From NCBI RefSeq assembly GCF_009914755.1, contig NC_060925.1: a stretch of 64,000 nt of DNA; one strand, 5' to 3'. This DNA comes from the human T2T-CHM13v2.0 reference genome, Homo sapiens. Below the pieces are notes generated by a model. It was not told the DNA's origin. It did not search any database and was given only the letters and a program-made list of their open reading frames with translations. Made by a program: the position numbers and the translations under genes. This document shows, one piece after another, positions 1 to 15,022 of the stretch (position 1 is its first letter; every line of letters begins with the position of its first letter).

Positions 1-1398
1 TCCATTTCACTCGCTCACTCAACAGACGTGGCTGAAGGAGGAAGACCACCCTTCCAGCTCTTTCAACAGAAGTTCATGAGGGAAGGGCTATACAAAGCAC
101 CACCTACAGTGGGTACAGGCTTGGTGCCGGGGGTTGCCCAGGACTTGGTGAGTAAAGGACACAGGGAGGTGCCGGGAAATAAAGGGGCTGGGAGTCAGAG
201 GGATCTGTTGCCTCAGGAGGCAAAGGAGCCTAAGGAGAGAGCTCACGGAACCTGTCACATGGAAATGTTGAAAACCGGGATGTGGCAACGAGAGCCCACC
301 CTCCTGGTAACAGGGCTTGCACCAGCAGCTGGAGAGTCAATGTCAAGGGCAGAGGGAGATACAGTCTCCATTACTGGAGAGCTCCCATTTGAGGGTGACA
401 CGGGCCTCAGCTCAAGAAGGGATCCAGGTCACGTTCACCACTCTGTCCCCATGCTCTGCATAGCACTTGGCACGTGGCTGTTCATATAGGTGGCCAGGAA
501 ATAGCTGAGGAATGAATGAAGGATGCACTAATATCGAAAGCCACAGCTTCTGGGGCCATTTTCTCTGCATGGTGAATCTCTGCAGAGCCTGGCTCCTAGT
601 GGAGGTGCTTGGTAAGCGTGTGCAGGCTGAGAGGCAGAGCTTACTGTGGGGAAGTGGTGTTAGTGATGCTGGGGGATCTAGGTAGACCATGCCTGCTGCA
701 TAAGCCCAGTTCTCCCTTTCCCAGGTTCTGGAGCAGCCGCACTTCCTCAGGCTCCCACACATCGCTGACATGCCCCGCAGGAATTTCTGTAACTGCTCAC
801 ATCCCCATCTCTGTCTTCCTCAGATAACCCATGCGGCCTGAGCCCCCAGATCCAGGGACAGTCCCCATTCCCAGCCTCTGATGTTGCACTGTTCCTTCAG
901 CCTCTTTCTGTACTGAGGACTGCTAGCTGCCCTTGTCAAGCAAAGGTTTGGAGCTGAAAACCGTACGATGTGAAGGACAGTTAGACAGGAACAGCAATCA
1001 GCAATGTGTGTTATGGTCGGCCTGATCATCGGCCATTTCCCCCTTCTTCCTTGCTACAAAACCCCGATTTTATTCAGGCCATTGAATGACTGGGGAGATG
1101 CCCCTTCCCCAGATGGAGGAACAGAGCCTCTGTCCCCTAAGCCAACCATGGAGATTCCATTCCCTTGCCAGTGGCTGGATCAGGAACAGGCTGAGACCAT
1201 TTCTGGCCAGTGAGATGTGAGGGGAGGTCTGCTTGGGAAGCTCTTGTGAATAATGTATCCAGTTGTACAGACCCACACAAGCTCTCTTCTCCCTCTGATA
1301 AGGTGACTCAATGTGACCCTTGGAACTCAGCCATGGCACCCACACTGCCATGGACTGAATGCCTACTATGCATCAGATGGCTCATCTGCATCATCCCA

Positions 1399-1700
<302 letters not shown>

Positions 1701-3337
1701 CACATCATCTCATTTCATCCTCATCATCCGAAGATAAAGAATGTATGCCCACCTTACAGACAAGACAAGCAAGGCTCAGAGCGGTTAGGCAAGTTGCTTA
1801 TAGTCACACAGCTGGAAGAGATAGACCTGGGATTCTAATGCAAGCTCATCTATTTCTGAATCCTCTGGGTCCCAGTCACCATGCTGTGGCCCTTGCATAT
1901 TTAAGAGGGGCTGCTCATGATAGGCATACAATACATCAGTGCTGGCCCTCTTCCTCGGCCTTCTCCTTTTCCAACCCCCTGAACCAGCAGGGGACATACT
2001 CAGGCCCCTAGGAACACCCCTAAGGGAGGAAAATTCCCCTAGCCACATGGTTGGGAGCCAGTTCCAAGCACTGTTTTGTTACAGACACAAAAGCCCTTCT
2101 CCCTCTGGGGGAGACCCACAGCTCCATACAGGCCTCCCCTTGTTTTCCCTGGCTCCGTGTCAGGGGCCCACATCCAGCAGGGCCCCAGGGAATCAAGAAC
2201 ATGGGCGGAGAAATGGGTGAAACCCAAGGACCTGCCAGTAAGGAAAATCTGCTCAGGACGTCTCTTAGCCAGGCTGCTCTTTTGAGCCTGGTCATTTAGT
2301 TAGGGCGAGGGTGGGGGGTCTCCCCTCAAGAGCCCAGTGAAAGGACAGGGCTCTATTGCCTTGAGATGAAAAGTGATGACTCTATCCCTAGCCAGGAAGG
2401 GTTTCAGGCAGTGCCTGTGGATGAGGTCCTGTCCCCCTCTGCCCACAAGAGGACCCCTCCAGGTGACCCTGCCTGTGGGGAAGAGGCTCAGCTGGAGGGA
2501 ACCCTGGCAACAGGCAGGGCTCAGTCTTCACTCCACCTCCTCCCTTTCTGCCCTTCTCTCCAACAGCCAAATTCTGCCTGTAGGGAGGCCGAATTGCCTT
2601 AAAAGGAAACCTGTTTCTCAGAGTTCATGGAGTGCCTTAGAGGGACACTTGGCTCCTTCTTAATTGCCTTCCCAGCTCTCCGGCACAGAGGCCCTGCAGA
2701 AGGCTGGGACAAGAGAAGTTCCCAAGGTCAGAGTTCAGGCTGTACAGGTCAATGGTTAGGAAAACAAGAGCTGGGATTCGATCAATATGGATTTACCCCT
2801 TCCTAGCTGAATGATCTTGGGCAAGTTACTTTCCTTTCTGAGTGTCAATTTGCTTGTCTCTAAAATGGACCGTATATGGACTCCCTAAAATTCAGCTGTA
2901 AGGATTAAATGAGGAGGTATGGAAGTGATGGCCAGCACACTGTAAGTGCCCGCCCCTCTGACTACCACTCACACGACTGGACCAGTCATACGTCGACTCC
3001 ACACTGCTAGATGTGGGCCAGCCATCCACATGTAGCTAGTCCACATATGGAAGGAGCGAGGCTTAAGAAGTACCATGCCAAATAGGGCCAGGAACTCCTG
3101 ATTCATCTGCTAGCCCAGCGAATGAGTCTGGGACAAGTTACTTGCCCTTCTTTGGGGTTTAGCTCCCCCCAGCTGTCTGTGATGTCCCATTTCACTCTGT
3201 TGACCATCTCAACAGAGAACAGAGCTTGAATTTTCTACTGAATGGCTGGAAACACCTGGTCAGCTGTTTTCCTGAAACGGCTGGCGGCTAGAAGCCTGCT
3301 GTGTCTGCTGCTGCATCTTCCTAGCCTGGCTGTCCCA

Positions 3338-3385
3338 TTAGGACTGTACCCAGATCCCCAGTTAGGACTGTACCCAGATCCTCAG
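3338..3385 (+). repeat. 24-bp tandem duplication
   Basis: TTAGGACTGTACCCAGATCC(C/T)CAG x2. Confidence 0.95.
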
Positions 3386-3450
3386 CCTTGAGACAAGAAA
3401 GCCAAGGTGGCAGCTCTTACAGCAGCAGCAAAAGGAGAAGAAAAAGGTCA

Positions 3451-3822
<372 letters not shown>

Positions 3823-4640
3823 TCAGGTGACAGGTTGAAGGAACCATCGCAGAGATGTAAAATCCCTAACTGCCAGCCACCAGTGTCTGAAGGCAAGCCC
3901 CTTCTTATCAAACCCTTCAAAACCATCCCATATCTTTATTTCTACAGTGGAAAAATCCCATCTCTCCCATTCCAAAATCATTTATTCCCTAGGGCCAAAG
4001 AGTGACTGACGGCACAGGGTTAAAGTCCCCATCCACTTGCTCCAGTAGAAACCTGTCAGATGTTTATCTAGCTCCCTCGCATTAGCTGAGCTGCTTGGTA
4101 TCTGCCAGGTGGACAGGAGGGCTGGCATCCCTTCCAATCTGCAGCTCGGCTTTTGCCTCCACGCCCCAGTGTCCAGAGAGCAGCTGAGGGCAGAGAGAGG
4201 AGGGGGCTGGGCTGGTCAGGGCTCAGAGCCAAGTCTTAGAAGTGACACCTGAGAGCTCAGGAAATCAGCCTCTCCTGAAGCTCAGGGTCACGGGTAGGGG
4301 GAGAATGGCTGCCATGGAGATGGGGCAGGCTTGGCCTCAGCTTTCCATGTCCCACCTCATGTTTCCTTCAGAACCGTGCACATGACCCGCCTCTCTGAAA
4401 AGGTAACCAGCATCACTGAGCTACCATCAATCCAGGCCCCATGGGCCTCCAGAACTTGACTGTCATTCTAGGTCAGGAATCCTTCTCTCTATTGAATGAG
4501 CTTTCTCTTTTCAAATCCATGTCCAGTGGCCCTTGTGAGACTGTGAGCTGACAAGGGCGGTATATGTCTCTCCCTTTCCCCACTTGCCCCCAGTGCCTTC
4601 TAGAGCAGAGCTCCCTACTCTTGGAGTTCAGAAGTTTGCA

Positions 4641-4940
4641 GGGCGCAGTGGCTCATTCCTATAATCCTAGCACTTGGGGAGGCTGAGGTGGGTGGATCAT
4701 TTAAGGTCAGGAGTTTGAGACCAGCCTGGCCAACAGCGTGAAACCCCATCTCTACTAAATATACAAAAAAAAAAAAAAAATTAGCTGAGTGTGATGGTGC
4801 ACACCTGTAATCCCAGCTACTTGGGAGGCTGAGGCAGGAGAATTGCTTGAACCCGGAGGCAGAGGTTGCAGTGAGCCAAGATCGTGCCACTGCACTCCAG
4901 CCTGGGGGACAAAAGCGAAACTCTGTCTCAAAAAAAAGAA
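4641..4940 (+). mobile_element. AluS
   Basis: Dimeric Alu with A tail. Confidence 0.95.
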
Positions 4941-5959
4941 GTCTGAAGGTCAACACAGGTAGAAATGGAGGTCGATGACTTCTTTGTAGTATTTCAAAAC
5001 TTCTACAGGAAATCCTGTATTATAATAAAGCCTCATAGACAAATTAACAGATGGGGTTTCCTTGCTTTTATCCAGATCTGTAATGATGTTGGTTATTCCA
5101 TGCTGAACAAAATGGTCTGAATGATTTTTCTTTGATTAATTTTTTACAAGTTAAAACACATTAGCACTTAGGCCTTAAAAACACAGGTCGTTTGCAGCTG
5201 ACATCCCAGGAAGCACCAACACACGCCACCCCTGCATAAAGAAAGCCAGGCACACAGTCGGGGGTAGGGGGTGCTGGCTGCCTAGCTGGGGCTGAGCTCC
5301 AGCTGCTAACCTTCCATTTCTTCCCCTGTTGTCACCGCTGAAGACTCAGACGCTGCCTTCTGGCCCTGGGGAAGCACTGGAAATACCAGAGTCTGGAAAT
5401 GCTAGCTGCCCCCGTATTTACACACTTTACCATACATGGGAATTACTCAGTGCTGGCGTCAGACACATTCCTGGGTAGCTGCGTAGTACAGGCACGTCAT
5501 TACCATATAAATTCTTGACAACTAGAAACAGCAGTCGGAACCCAGGACCCCTCCACCTCACCTTCTCTGCCCTCCCCTCAAGTTTTGCTAGCTCTCTCTT
5601 TCTCAAGCACGCTCTTTTCCAGGCTTGTTTTCTTTCTGCAAACCTGGCTCTGAAACTCAAACATGCAGAGCTGGTGAAAGCATATCCATTAGTGGCTGGG
5701 AACTAACTCTCAGGGGTCCCCTCTGCTCCTACCTGGCCATGCAACAGACTGAAAACCCGGAGGTCAGGAGTTCTAACCCTGATCCATCCAAGTGAAAGAT
5801 ATCTTCCTTAAATAGTTTATAAGCCACTGTAAAGCACCTTGTAAAGCTGATGTGTTTCACAAATGGCAGATATTTCCTTAGTGAGTTGATCTGGAAAAAG
5901 GAAATGTAGAGGAGCAAAGAAAAATAATAAGGTAGTGACTGAGCATACGTTTTGGAAAC

Positions 5960-6140
5960 AGTCAGCTTATGTTTGAATGGCAGCTCCACAACTGATCAGC
6001 TGTGATCCTGAGCAAGTTTCTTACTACCTCTGAGCCTCAGTTTCTCCATTTGTAAAATGGAGAGCATCAGTAGCTACCTCATAAATTGTCCAAGATAACA
6101 CATGTGAAGTATTTCTCACACTGTCTGGTACACTGCAAGT
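5960..6140 (+). mobile_element. MIR
   Basis: CTCTGAGCCTCAGTTTCTCCATTTGTAAAATGG core. Confidence 0.75.
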
Positions 6141-6451
6141 GCAGATATCTGGTTATCCTTATCTTAAGGAGAGGCCAACTCTAACACTTATCGTTCAGGT
6201 TTGTATCTCTTTTGATATTTGACAATATGCCCTGAGTAATGCCAAATGGCTGACTTGGAGGAAAAAGTCTTATTCTCACTAGCACCTCTTTGGATCCCAA
6301 AATATTTAACGCATGTGTCTTCATCTAGCAAGCCAACGTTTCACAATAAGCTAGGCTTACATACATATTTAAAACTTTAACAACCTGCCAGAAAAGCCTT
6401 CCCAATTTGCTTCCCACACCAGGGATGGACAGTGAATTAAAAACTATGTTG

Positions 6452-6931
<480 letters not shown>

Positions 6932-8853
6932 TCACCTGCTTGTCAATCTACCCAAGTGGAAAAACTGGCTAGTAACTATTTGCAAGGTTTATGAGTATCC
7001 CGTAGGCCAACTCAGCTGAAAGACCATTGCTACCCCACTCATTCATCAAATGTTTGCTGATCACTCAGTCAAGTGTCACTACACTCCCAGGCTGCAACTC
7101 TGGCCCAGTCAGGACTCACTAGCTCCAGAGGCAGATGCACATGTGTGCAATTAAAAGAGCAAACACCTGGGCCAGGAAGGCAGGTGCTAAGACAGACCAC
7201 AGGCAAATAGGCCACAGCACCCCTGTTTTTCCCATTTTATTAGCAGGCCAATTGCAGAGTTGATGGGCCTTCTCTTTAGTTTCTCTCCTGCTTCTTCTTC
7301 CCCATACCCTCCATCCTGGGCATCTCAGGCCTTGCAGACAGTTCTCTCCTCCCTCTCCTCTAACCCACACTACACCCTCTGCAGGATAAACTTCCTTCCT
7401 CGTCTGACTGCCTCCGCCCCGGATATCCTCTCCAAGGCAAAGAGTCATTCACTGGAAGACCGTGAGCAGGAGGAGGCTGGATTTAGGAAACAATGGGTAA
7501 AAGCTGCCCTCCAGCAGCTGAGGGCTGAGGACAGTCTCTCTCAAAAGAGGTAGCCAGAAACCAGCTGGAGAGTCAGGAGGCAGCAGTTGAGTGAGAGCAG
7601 TTGAGGGGAGGCTCAGTACCCATCCCCAAATCCCACCTGGGGAAAATCCCCAACATGCAGTCTGAGAGGACAGAGGGAGACAACCAGCACCTCCAGCCTC
7701 CTTAGCTTCTGGGAGGAAGGCAAGGGATGAGGGGAGGACAAGAAAGACAGTAACTGAGAGATCACTCCTGTGTTGGAGGTTCTGTGTAATATGCTCCCCA
7801 AGTAGCATCCCTGAAAGAAACTGAGACATTGAGAAGTTAAATAGTTTGTCCAAGGAAACCTGCGCGTTAAGTGGCAAATCCAAGAGTCAAAACTCTGCCT
7901 TCCAAACAATCCCACCAAGACTCCAAGCCACCTCTTCATGATATACTGATATACTTTCTACCAGGGCCCAGTGGATTTCCTCGGTGCCACTGTGATAGTA
8001 TCCCAGCGTGGGGAGAGCCTGCCCATTCATTCACTCTCAGGGAGCAGCTGGTGGGTGGCTGGAGCCCAGGGCTCTAGGCAGAGCCTGAGCCCACTATTGC
8101 TCCAGCCGATTCCTGGGTCCTGGTTAGTTCACAACAGCACCAGAACCAGAAGCATGCAAAATATTCTCTAGTCTGTACCAGTAGATACAATACCTGCCTC
8201 AGAGGGCTGATTGTTAGCTAACACATTGTGATTTGCTTTAAATGTGCTCAATACCAGCCCCTTTATCACTTCCCAGCTTTCAAGGACTGAGGCCACAAAA
8301 CACTGACTGCAGGCTCTTTCAGGTTTCAGTAACCATCACCACCTAGCACCAAGATTTGGAGTGGAGAGGTTTCCATGCAGTTATTTCACAAGAGGGAAAA
8401 CTCACACCTGCGCTCAGGGACACAGATGTCCAAGGTCAGGCCCAGATGTTTGCCCCACCCCGCCCGCGGGCATTTTCTCCCCAGCAGGAGGGTGAGGGAG
8501 GGGGTGGCACGGATGCCCTCATCTCTCTGCCATACAATGAGCGTCAGTGGCGCGCAGAATCGCCGATTGTTCTGCCCGACTTGCAGGCGGTTGCGGGGAG
8601 CCGGGTCGCCCTGGGTCACGCACACGCGGAAGTCAACTGTGTCCAGGAAGCCCAGGAAGGCCCGGGATGGGGACGGACCTAGTGCCTCCAGAAAAGAGCA
8701 GCACTGCCCGGGCTAACTGCGGTCACTTCTCACAGTTCCCCGCCTGCGACAGCCCCGGGGCTGCGGCGGGGCTGGCAAGACCGGGAGGCGCTGAGTGCGT
8801 GCCCAGGCGCCCCTCCGCGGCGGGCAGAGCCGCGCGACTCAGGGCGCACTCAC

Positions 8854-8960
8854 CTGGCAGCTGGCTCGGCGGCGCAGGGGCGGCAGGCGCTCTCGGAAGT
8901 GGCGGCTGGGTGCGCCCGGCCTGCGCGCCGTTTTGTTCCGCTCCGCGGAAGGCGTGTCCC
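8854..8960 (-). other. CSRP1: CSRP1 non-coding first exon (5' UTR); TSS position approximate
   Basis: Minus strand reads ...CCTTCCGCGGAGCGGAACAAAACGGCGCGCAGGCCGGGCGCACCCAGCCGCCACTTCCGAGAGCGCCTGCCGCCCCTGCGCCGCCGAGCCAGCTGCCAG then GTGAGT (donor at 8853-8848). Matches my recollection of the CSRP1 mRNA leader; inside a CpG island. Confidence 0.85.
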
Positions 8961-8989
8961 GGGCCACGCCAACCAGTGGGCTTTGCACA

Positions 8990-9203
8990 CTGCACCACTC
9001 CAGGGCTGATGTCATGGCGCGAAGCCCGGCGGTGCTGCCCTCCTAGGCCCCGGGAAGGCCGGCCGGCAGGGGCGGGGGCAGGAGTCGCCGACTCTGGGGG
9101 TGCTCCGAGCTCGTGCTGCGGTCCCACTGTGCGCCCTGTCGCCGCCACCGCGGAAAACGTCTTGCACGTGCGAGGGGCATTTCAGGAGTTTCCTGTCTGT
9201 CAG
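8990..9203 (+). ncRNA. Candidate first exon of a divergent antisense lncRNA (CSRP1-AS1-like); start approximate
   Basis: + strand donor CAG|GTGAGA at 9204 at the island edge (further donor GTAAGA at 9328); head-to-head with CSRP1 exon 1. Transcription cannot be shown from sequence. Confidence 0.4.
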
Positions 9204-10002
9204 GTGAGAAGGCGGAGATATGACCTTAGAGGTCAGACCCATGATAAACTTGAGCCCCTAACGAAAGGGTGTCTCGAATTTACTTGTCCTGGTGGCAGAG
9301 GGTGAGGGACACATTTTGGGCGCCAGGGTAAGACAGACCCTTCCAGGGCAGGTCTGATTCTGCCCATCCACTCACTAGCTGGGCCCTGGGCCTAGACAGC
9401 CCTTCTGGGTTCAGGGTCATCTGTGAACGGCGTGTAATCTACAGGGATGTGAGGGGCTAAAAGGAGATCCGGTAGGACCCGCAGACCTTCAGCAGCACCC
9501 GGCATGTAATAGACACTCAATAAATGTAACTCCCCCCTCCAACAGCTCTTGCCCCTCAGTTTTTCCCAGTCTTCCCTGCTACCCTAAGGACAACACCTGG
9601 AAAAAGGTGTTCTCCCGCAAAAGCAGCAGTTCTGAAAAGTGGGTGCCTCCATAGAGGCTTTTCTCTGGGGCTCCAACCTTCAGTAGGACAGACACAGGCT
9701 CAGGCCACTCAAGCTGCCCCTGGGGCAGTTTCCAGGGGACATTCTGTCCACACCTCCTCACCCAGTCCCCAGCCCTTCCTGAGTGCCCCGTGCAGGCATT
9801 TCAGGGAGCAGAGAAGCTCACAGCCTCCAGCTGGTCACCCTACACCCCAGGTGGCCCATAGATGCAGCTGCTATGTCTTCCACCCTGGGCAGGTGTCAAG
9901 GGTTCAGGCCCCAACCGGCTTCACTTAAAGCCCTGGTTTGCTGAATCAACTTTTTGCCAGGAATAAAGTTAAGCATCTTATGATCTAGAAAATGAAGTAT
10001 TT

Positions 10003-10287
<285 letters not shown>

Positions 10288-11874
10288 TTATCTAGGTTTT
10301 TCTTGCTTTCTACCATAAGTAACATCTTTCCTTTGGCCAGGTCCATCCTATAAACAAGGCCCTCCAAGATTAAAATGTCTAGAAGCACACAACCAGTGTT
10401 TCTTGCAGATTGGGCCATCTTCATCTGACCCAACCAAGATGAAGGAGGAGAAACCAGAAGAATTTCTGGTCACGGCTGCACTGACTAAGCAATAGTTAAA
10501 CAGGTCCATTAAACTGCAGAACCACCATCAGTGTCAGAGACCAAGGGCTTCCGCCCAAAGATGGCGATCCCATGGGATTTCCCCCTCTCCTTTCAATTCT
10601 CAGTATCTTGGAGAGATGAGCCTCGGAGTTTTGCCCAGGATTTTACAAAAGGGCAAACTCCTACATTTCCTTCTTTGGTCTGGGTTTGTCCTCTCTGGAG
10701 TCATGGGACTGTTGATAGATTTCCCTGTGAGGACATGCCAACCTGTGCTGTGAAATGGCTTTAGGGTAGATCCAGAAAAAGAAGAGCAGTCACTGCAGTC
10801 ACACTTGGATTTCTCCCAGATCTTAAAGCACCTTATAAACAGAATGGCTGTACAATGTGTCATCTAAACCAGAATGCTTTGGATAGTAAGTGGTATGTGG
10901 TAGTATTCGTAACTACACTAAGGCAACAGGACTATCTCAGGCAGTCCAGGGCAGATGGTCACCCCTCTTTTCCACCCAAAGACTGTCAGGTCACTTGTCT
11001 TAGGAGCTGTCTACGCAGAGCTACAGATGAAGCCAAGTAGGACCTGCCTTGTTTGGTGTTTTTCCAGAACCTCTCACCTTCTGACTATATTATTCTCCCA
11101 GCCTGCTGCCAGTTACTTGGGCTTGGTCTTAGATAGCACATTTGCAGATAAAGAAGACTTGAGGGATGAGGAAGGGCTTTGGGATTGAGTTGAGTCAAAG
11201 GTGATGCTGGGGTTACCCACCATGCAAACAGGAACAAGCCTGATGTTGAAATGACAGAAAAATCAGTAAACATCATCAATACTTGGGACATCCTTAAGGC
11301 AGAGATTCTCATTCTGCAGAGGTTCTCATTCTGGCTGACCTCATTTATATAACCATATCTAGACTGGCCCGAGCTGGTCAGCAGCACCCACATCTGCAGA
11401 GACAATGCAGTCAGAGCTCATCACCAATAAATTATCTGCTAGGGGTTCTAGAAGGAGGCTTGGCACACTTAGGGGCTTACCTGCTTCTCAGGACTCTCAC
11501 AAATGTCTAACCTTTTCAGTATCTTTATGTTCTCTCTGTGCACTCTATTTCCCAACACTTCTGGGTTGGTATTTGATGGCTGCTAGGAATGAAGTGGGGC
11601 CTGTTACAGGCAGGAAGTAGGGCCCCTGTCCTCCAGCTTCCAACTTTGTCTGCTGCTTCCTCTGGCATCTTTTCTTCTCTTTCCTCCCTCATCAGCATCC
11701 TGATGCTACATCTTCTCTCTCCTCTCCTGTGGTGAAACCCTTCTTTTCCGCATTGATCCCAAGTGAAGAGGACCTGAGTGTGAGGCTGAGGAAAGAGTAA
11801 GGGAATGTGTCTGGCTTAGCTCTGCTCATCATCCCAGAGAAATTAGAGATCCAGTCTGGGCTGGAGATCTTCTT

Positions 11875-11971
11875 GTCCATCCTTCCATCCATCTGTCCAT
11901 CCATCCATTCATTCATTCACCCATCCATCCATTTGTTCATCCATCTGTCTCTCCATCCATCCATCCCTCCC

Positions 11972-12003
<32 letters not shown>

Positions 12004-12035
12004 CCTGTTCATCCATGTATCCATCCAACCATTCA
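11875..12035. repeat. (CCAT)n degenerate microsatellite at an L2 3' end
   Basis: TCCA/CATT repeats followed by L2-like ACATTTATTGGG..ACTCTGTGC. Confidence 0.9.
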
Positions 12036-12228
12036 CTCAGAAGACATTTATTGGGGCCCCACTCTGTGCTGGTCTCTAGGTTCTGGGAATACAAGGAAGC
12101 CTATAATTTGGATCCTGACCTCAAGAAGTTTACTCATCTAATGGTCTAAAAAAAGAAAAAAAAAATCCAGCCCTAAACTTGCAGTTTGAGTCTCAGCTCT
12201 GTCATCTATGATTTAAAATACTAATGAT

Positions 12229-12570
<342 letters not shown>

Positions 12571-12965
12571 TTACTACCTGTCAGGTACTTTACACAATTG
12601 TCCCCTTTAATCTTCGCAGTAGCTGTATGAAGTAAGGACTATTTTTACCCCCTGCTTTGCATGTGAGGAGACCAGGGCTTACAGCAGTAGCTAACTTAGT
12701 AGCTTTGTGACCATGGCCTAGGCCTCAGTTTTCCTCATGTGTGAAATGGGAGGTTGGACTAACTCAGTATTCTCCAAAATTTCCACTGAGGTACCTCTGA
12801 CAGCAAAGAAGTAAATGTAAGGAACCCACAGTGTTGTCAGAATCAATCCACTCCCAGTCCTTGAAGTCTTGGGGTTTATTGCAAAAATTTATTTGAATTT
12901 TGCATTCTCCTTGGCACATAACTGTATTTGTCTTCATAAAAAGATAATGTTTAAAATGACTCACT

Positions 12966-13272
12966 GGCCAGGCACGGTGGCTCACACCTGTAATCCCAAC
13001 CCTTTGGAAGGCTGAGGCAGGTGGATCATTTGAGTCCAGAAGTTTGAGACCAAGTTTGGCAACATGGTAAAACCCAGTCTCTACAAAATATACAAAAATT
13101 AGCTGGACATGGTGGCATGCTTGTAGTCCCAGCTACTAGGGACGCTGAGGTGGGAGGATCGCTTGAGCCCAGGAGGTAGAGGTTGCAGTGAGCCGTACTA
13201 TACTCCACTGTACTCCAGCCTGGGTGATAAAGTGAGACCCTGTCTCAAAAAATAAATGAATAAATAAATAAA
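12966..13272 (+). mobile_element. AluJ
   Basis: Dimeric Alu, GGAGGATCGCTTGAGCCC diagnostic. Confidence 0.93.
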
Positions 13273-14282
13273 ATTACTTACTGTTCAGAGAAATGGAGTT
13301 CTTAGGAAATGTATCGTGCTTGGTGGGTAGTATCTCTGTGGGCCCCTGGGAATATGACTAGGCCCGCCTACCCACGTGGGTGATCTGCAAGGCTCTCCCT
13401 GGCTCTGGCACTGTTCGGCTGTGCCTAGGCTAGGATGAGGCAAGTCAAAGGGGGCTTGTGGAATAAGGCCCAGCATTTGCTTTCAGTCCCTGTATTCATG
13501 TTTTCTAAGGAAGATTCCTAGAATCTCTCAGGGTTTGCTGGAGAAATGAGCTTGGCAGCCAGAGGCAAATGAAAATCGGAAAAGGCAGTGTATACATGTT
13601 ATAAGAATAAAATGCTTAGAGGCAAGAAAAGGAGAAATCCATTTAGAAAGGAACAAAATAAAAACTCTAGGGGGTTCCTGATCCAGAAATCTCTTCTGAT
13701 TTTCAGGCTGAAATTTACACTGTGAAGCTCCAGGGGAGCTTGAAAGGTGATATTCAGAAATGCACTGGGGTGGCTCAGGGTTGGGTCCTTAAGAACACTG
13801 TGAAACAGTCTAGATAGGTTTTTAAATGACCACTTCCTCTTCCCCTCCCCTTGGCCTGAAATTGATGTAAGGTCACTTCCCTCCTGCTCCCTCTGCAGCC
13901 ACTGCCTCTGTCCCAAACAGGCAAAACTGTGGAGTGGCTCTCACAGCCAAAGTGTGGGGAGGGGAAAGCAGGAGGAGCTGGGGACTCAGGGCGGGAGCAG
14001 GCGGCAGGGAGCTCCCGGGCAGCTGGCTGTGCATGGCTCCACTGTTCCGAGCCTGACAGGCTCTAGGGAAGTGCGGCCACAGGGAGCTGGCTGAAGGCTC
14101 AGGAGAGGCTTTTCTGACAGGCCCAGTTCCAATCACGCCAGCTCCTAATCTACTGATCAGTTTGCTTTCCTCCTGCTTTAAAATCTCTTTCTCCCTGTTC
14201 TCCTGGTCCCTAGCCACACCACCTTCACTGCTCTGATCTTATCTATGATCACCTGGCCAATCTACTTAAAGCAGTGAAGTAG

Positions 14283-14627
<345 letters not shown>

Positions 14628-15022
14628 TTGGCAAGACTCTTGACTCCTCTCCTCCATCAGGGTCGATTATATTAAATTACACTGACAGAAGAAAGGATTG
14701 GATGACTTTTGAAGAACTATTTCAACCCAAAGACAAGCTAAGGAAACATTGAGTTCACTCACCTGGAAGGTCTTGGAGGGCAGGAATTGTAGCTTACCCT
14801 CCTTTGTAGCCACACAGAGCCTTACATGGAGTAGGTGCTCAGTATTTTATGAATGTGTGCGTGGATAAATCCATAGTTTGCAAGAAACCACGAATAAGCT
14901 TGCCACCTGCTGGTGAACTTGTGAAAGACACCTCGCCGCACCTCGGCTCCCCCAAGTGGCCATACACTGTAATCCTAAGAAAACCCTCAGCTTGGACAAT
15001 CCTTTCTTTCCAAGGAGCCCTT

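Larger units (their letters stand above)
8400..9330. promoter_or_regulatory. CpG island / bidirectional promoter of CSRP1
   Basis: Very high GC and CpG density; ETS CGGAAGTG 8894-8901, CRE-like TGATGTCA 9007-9014, E-box CACGTG 9165-9170, GC boxes; no TATA. Confidence 0.9.

Noticed and set aside
8547-9305. 252-aa ORF and overlapping ORFs in the CSRP1 CpG island
   Set aside because: Ala/Gly/Pro/Arg-rich products of stop-poor GC DNA, non-ATG start, no recognisable domain.
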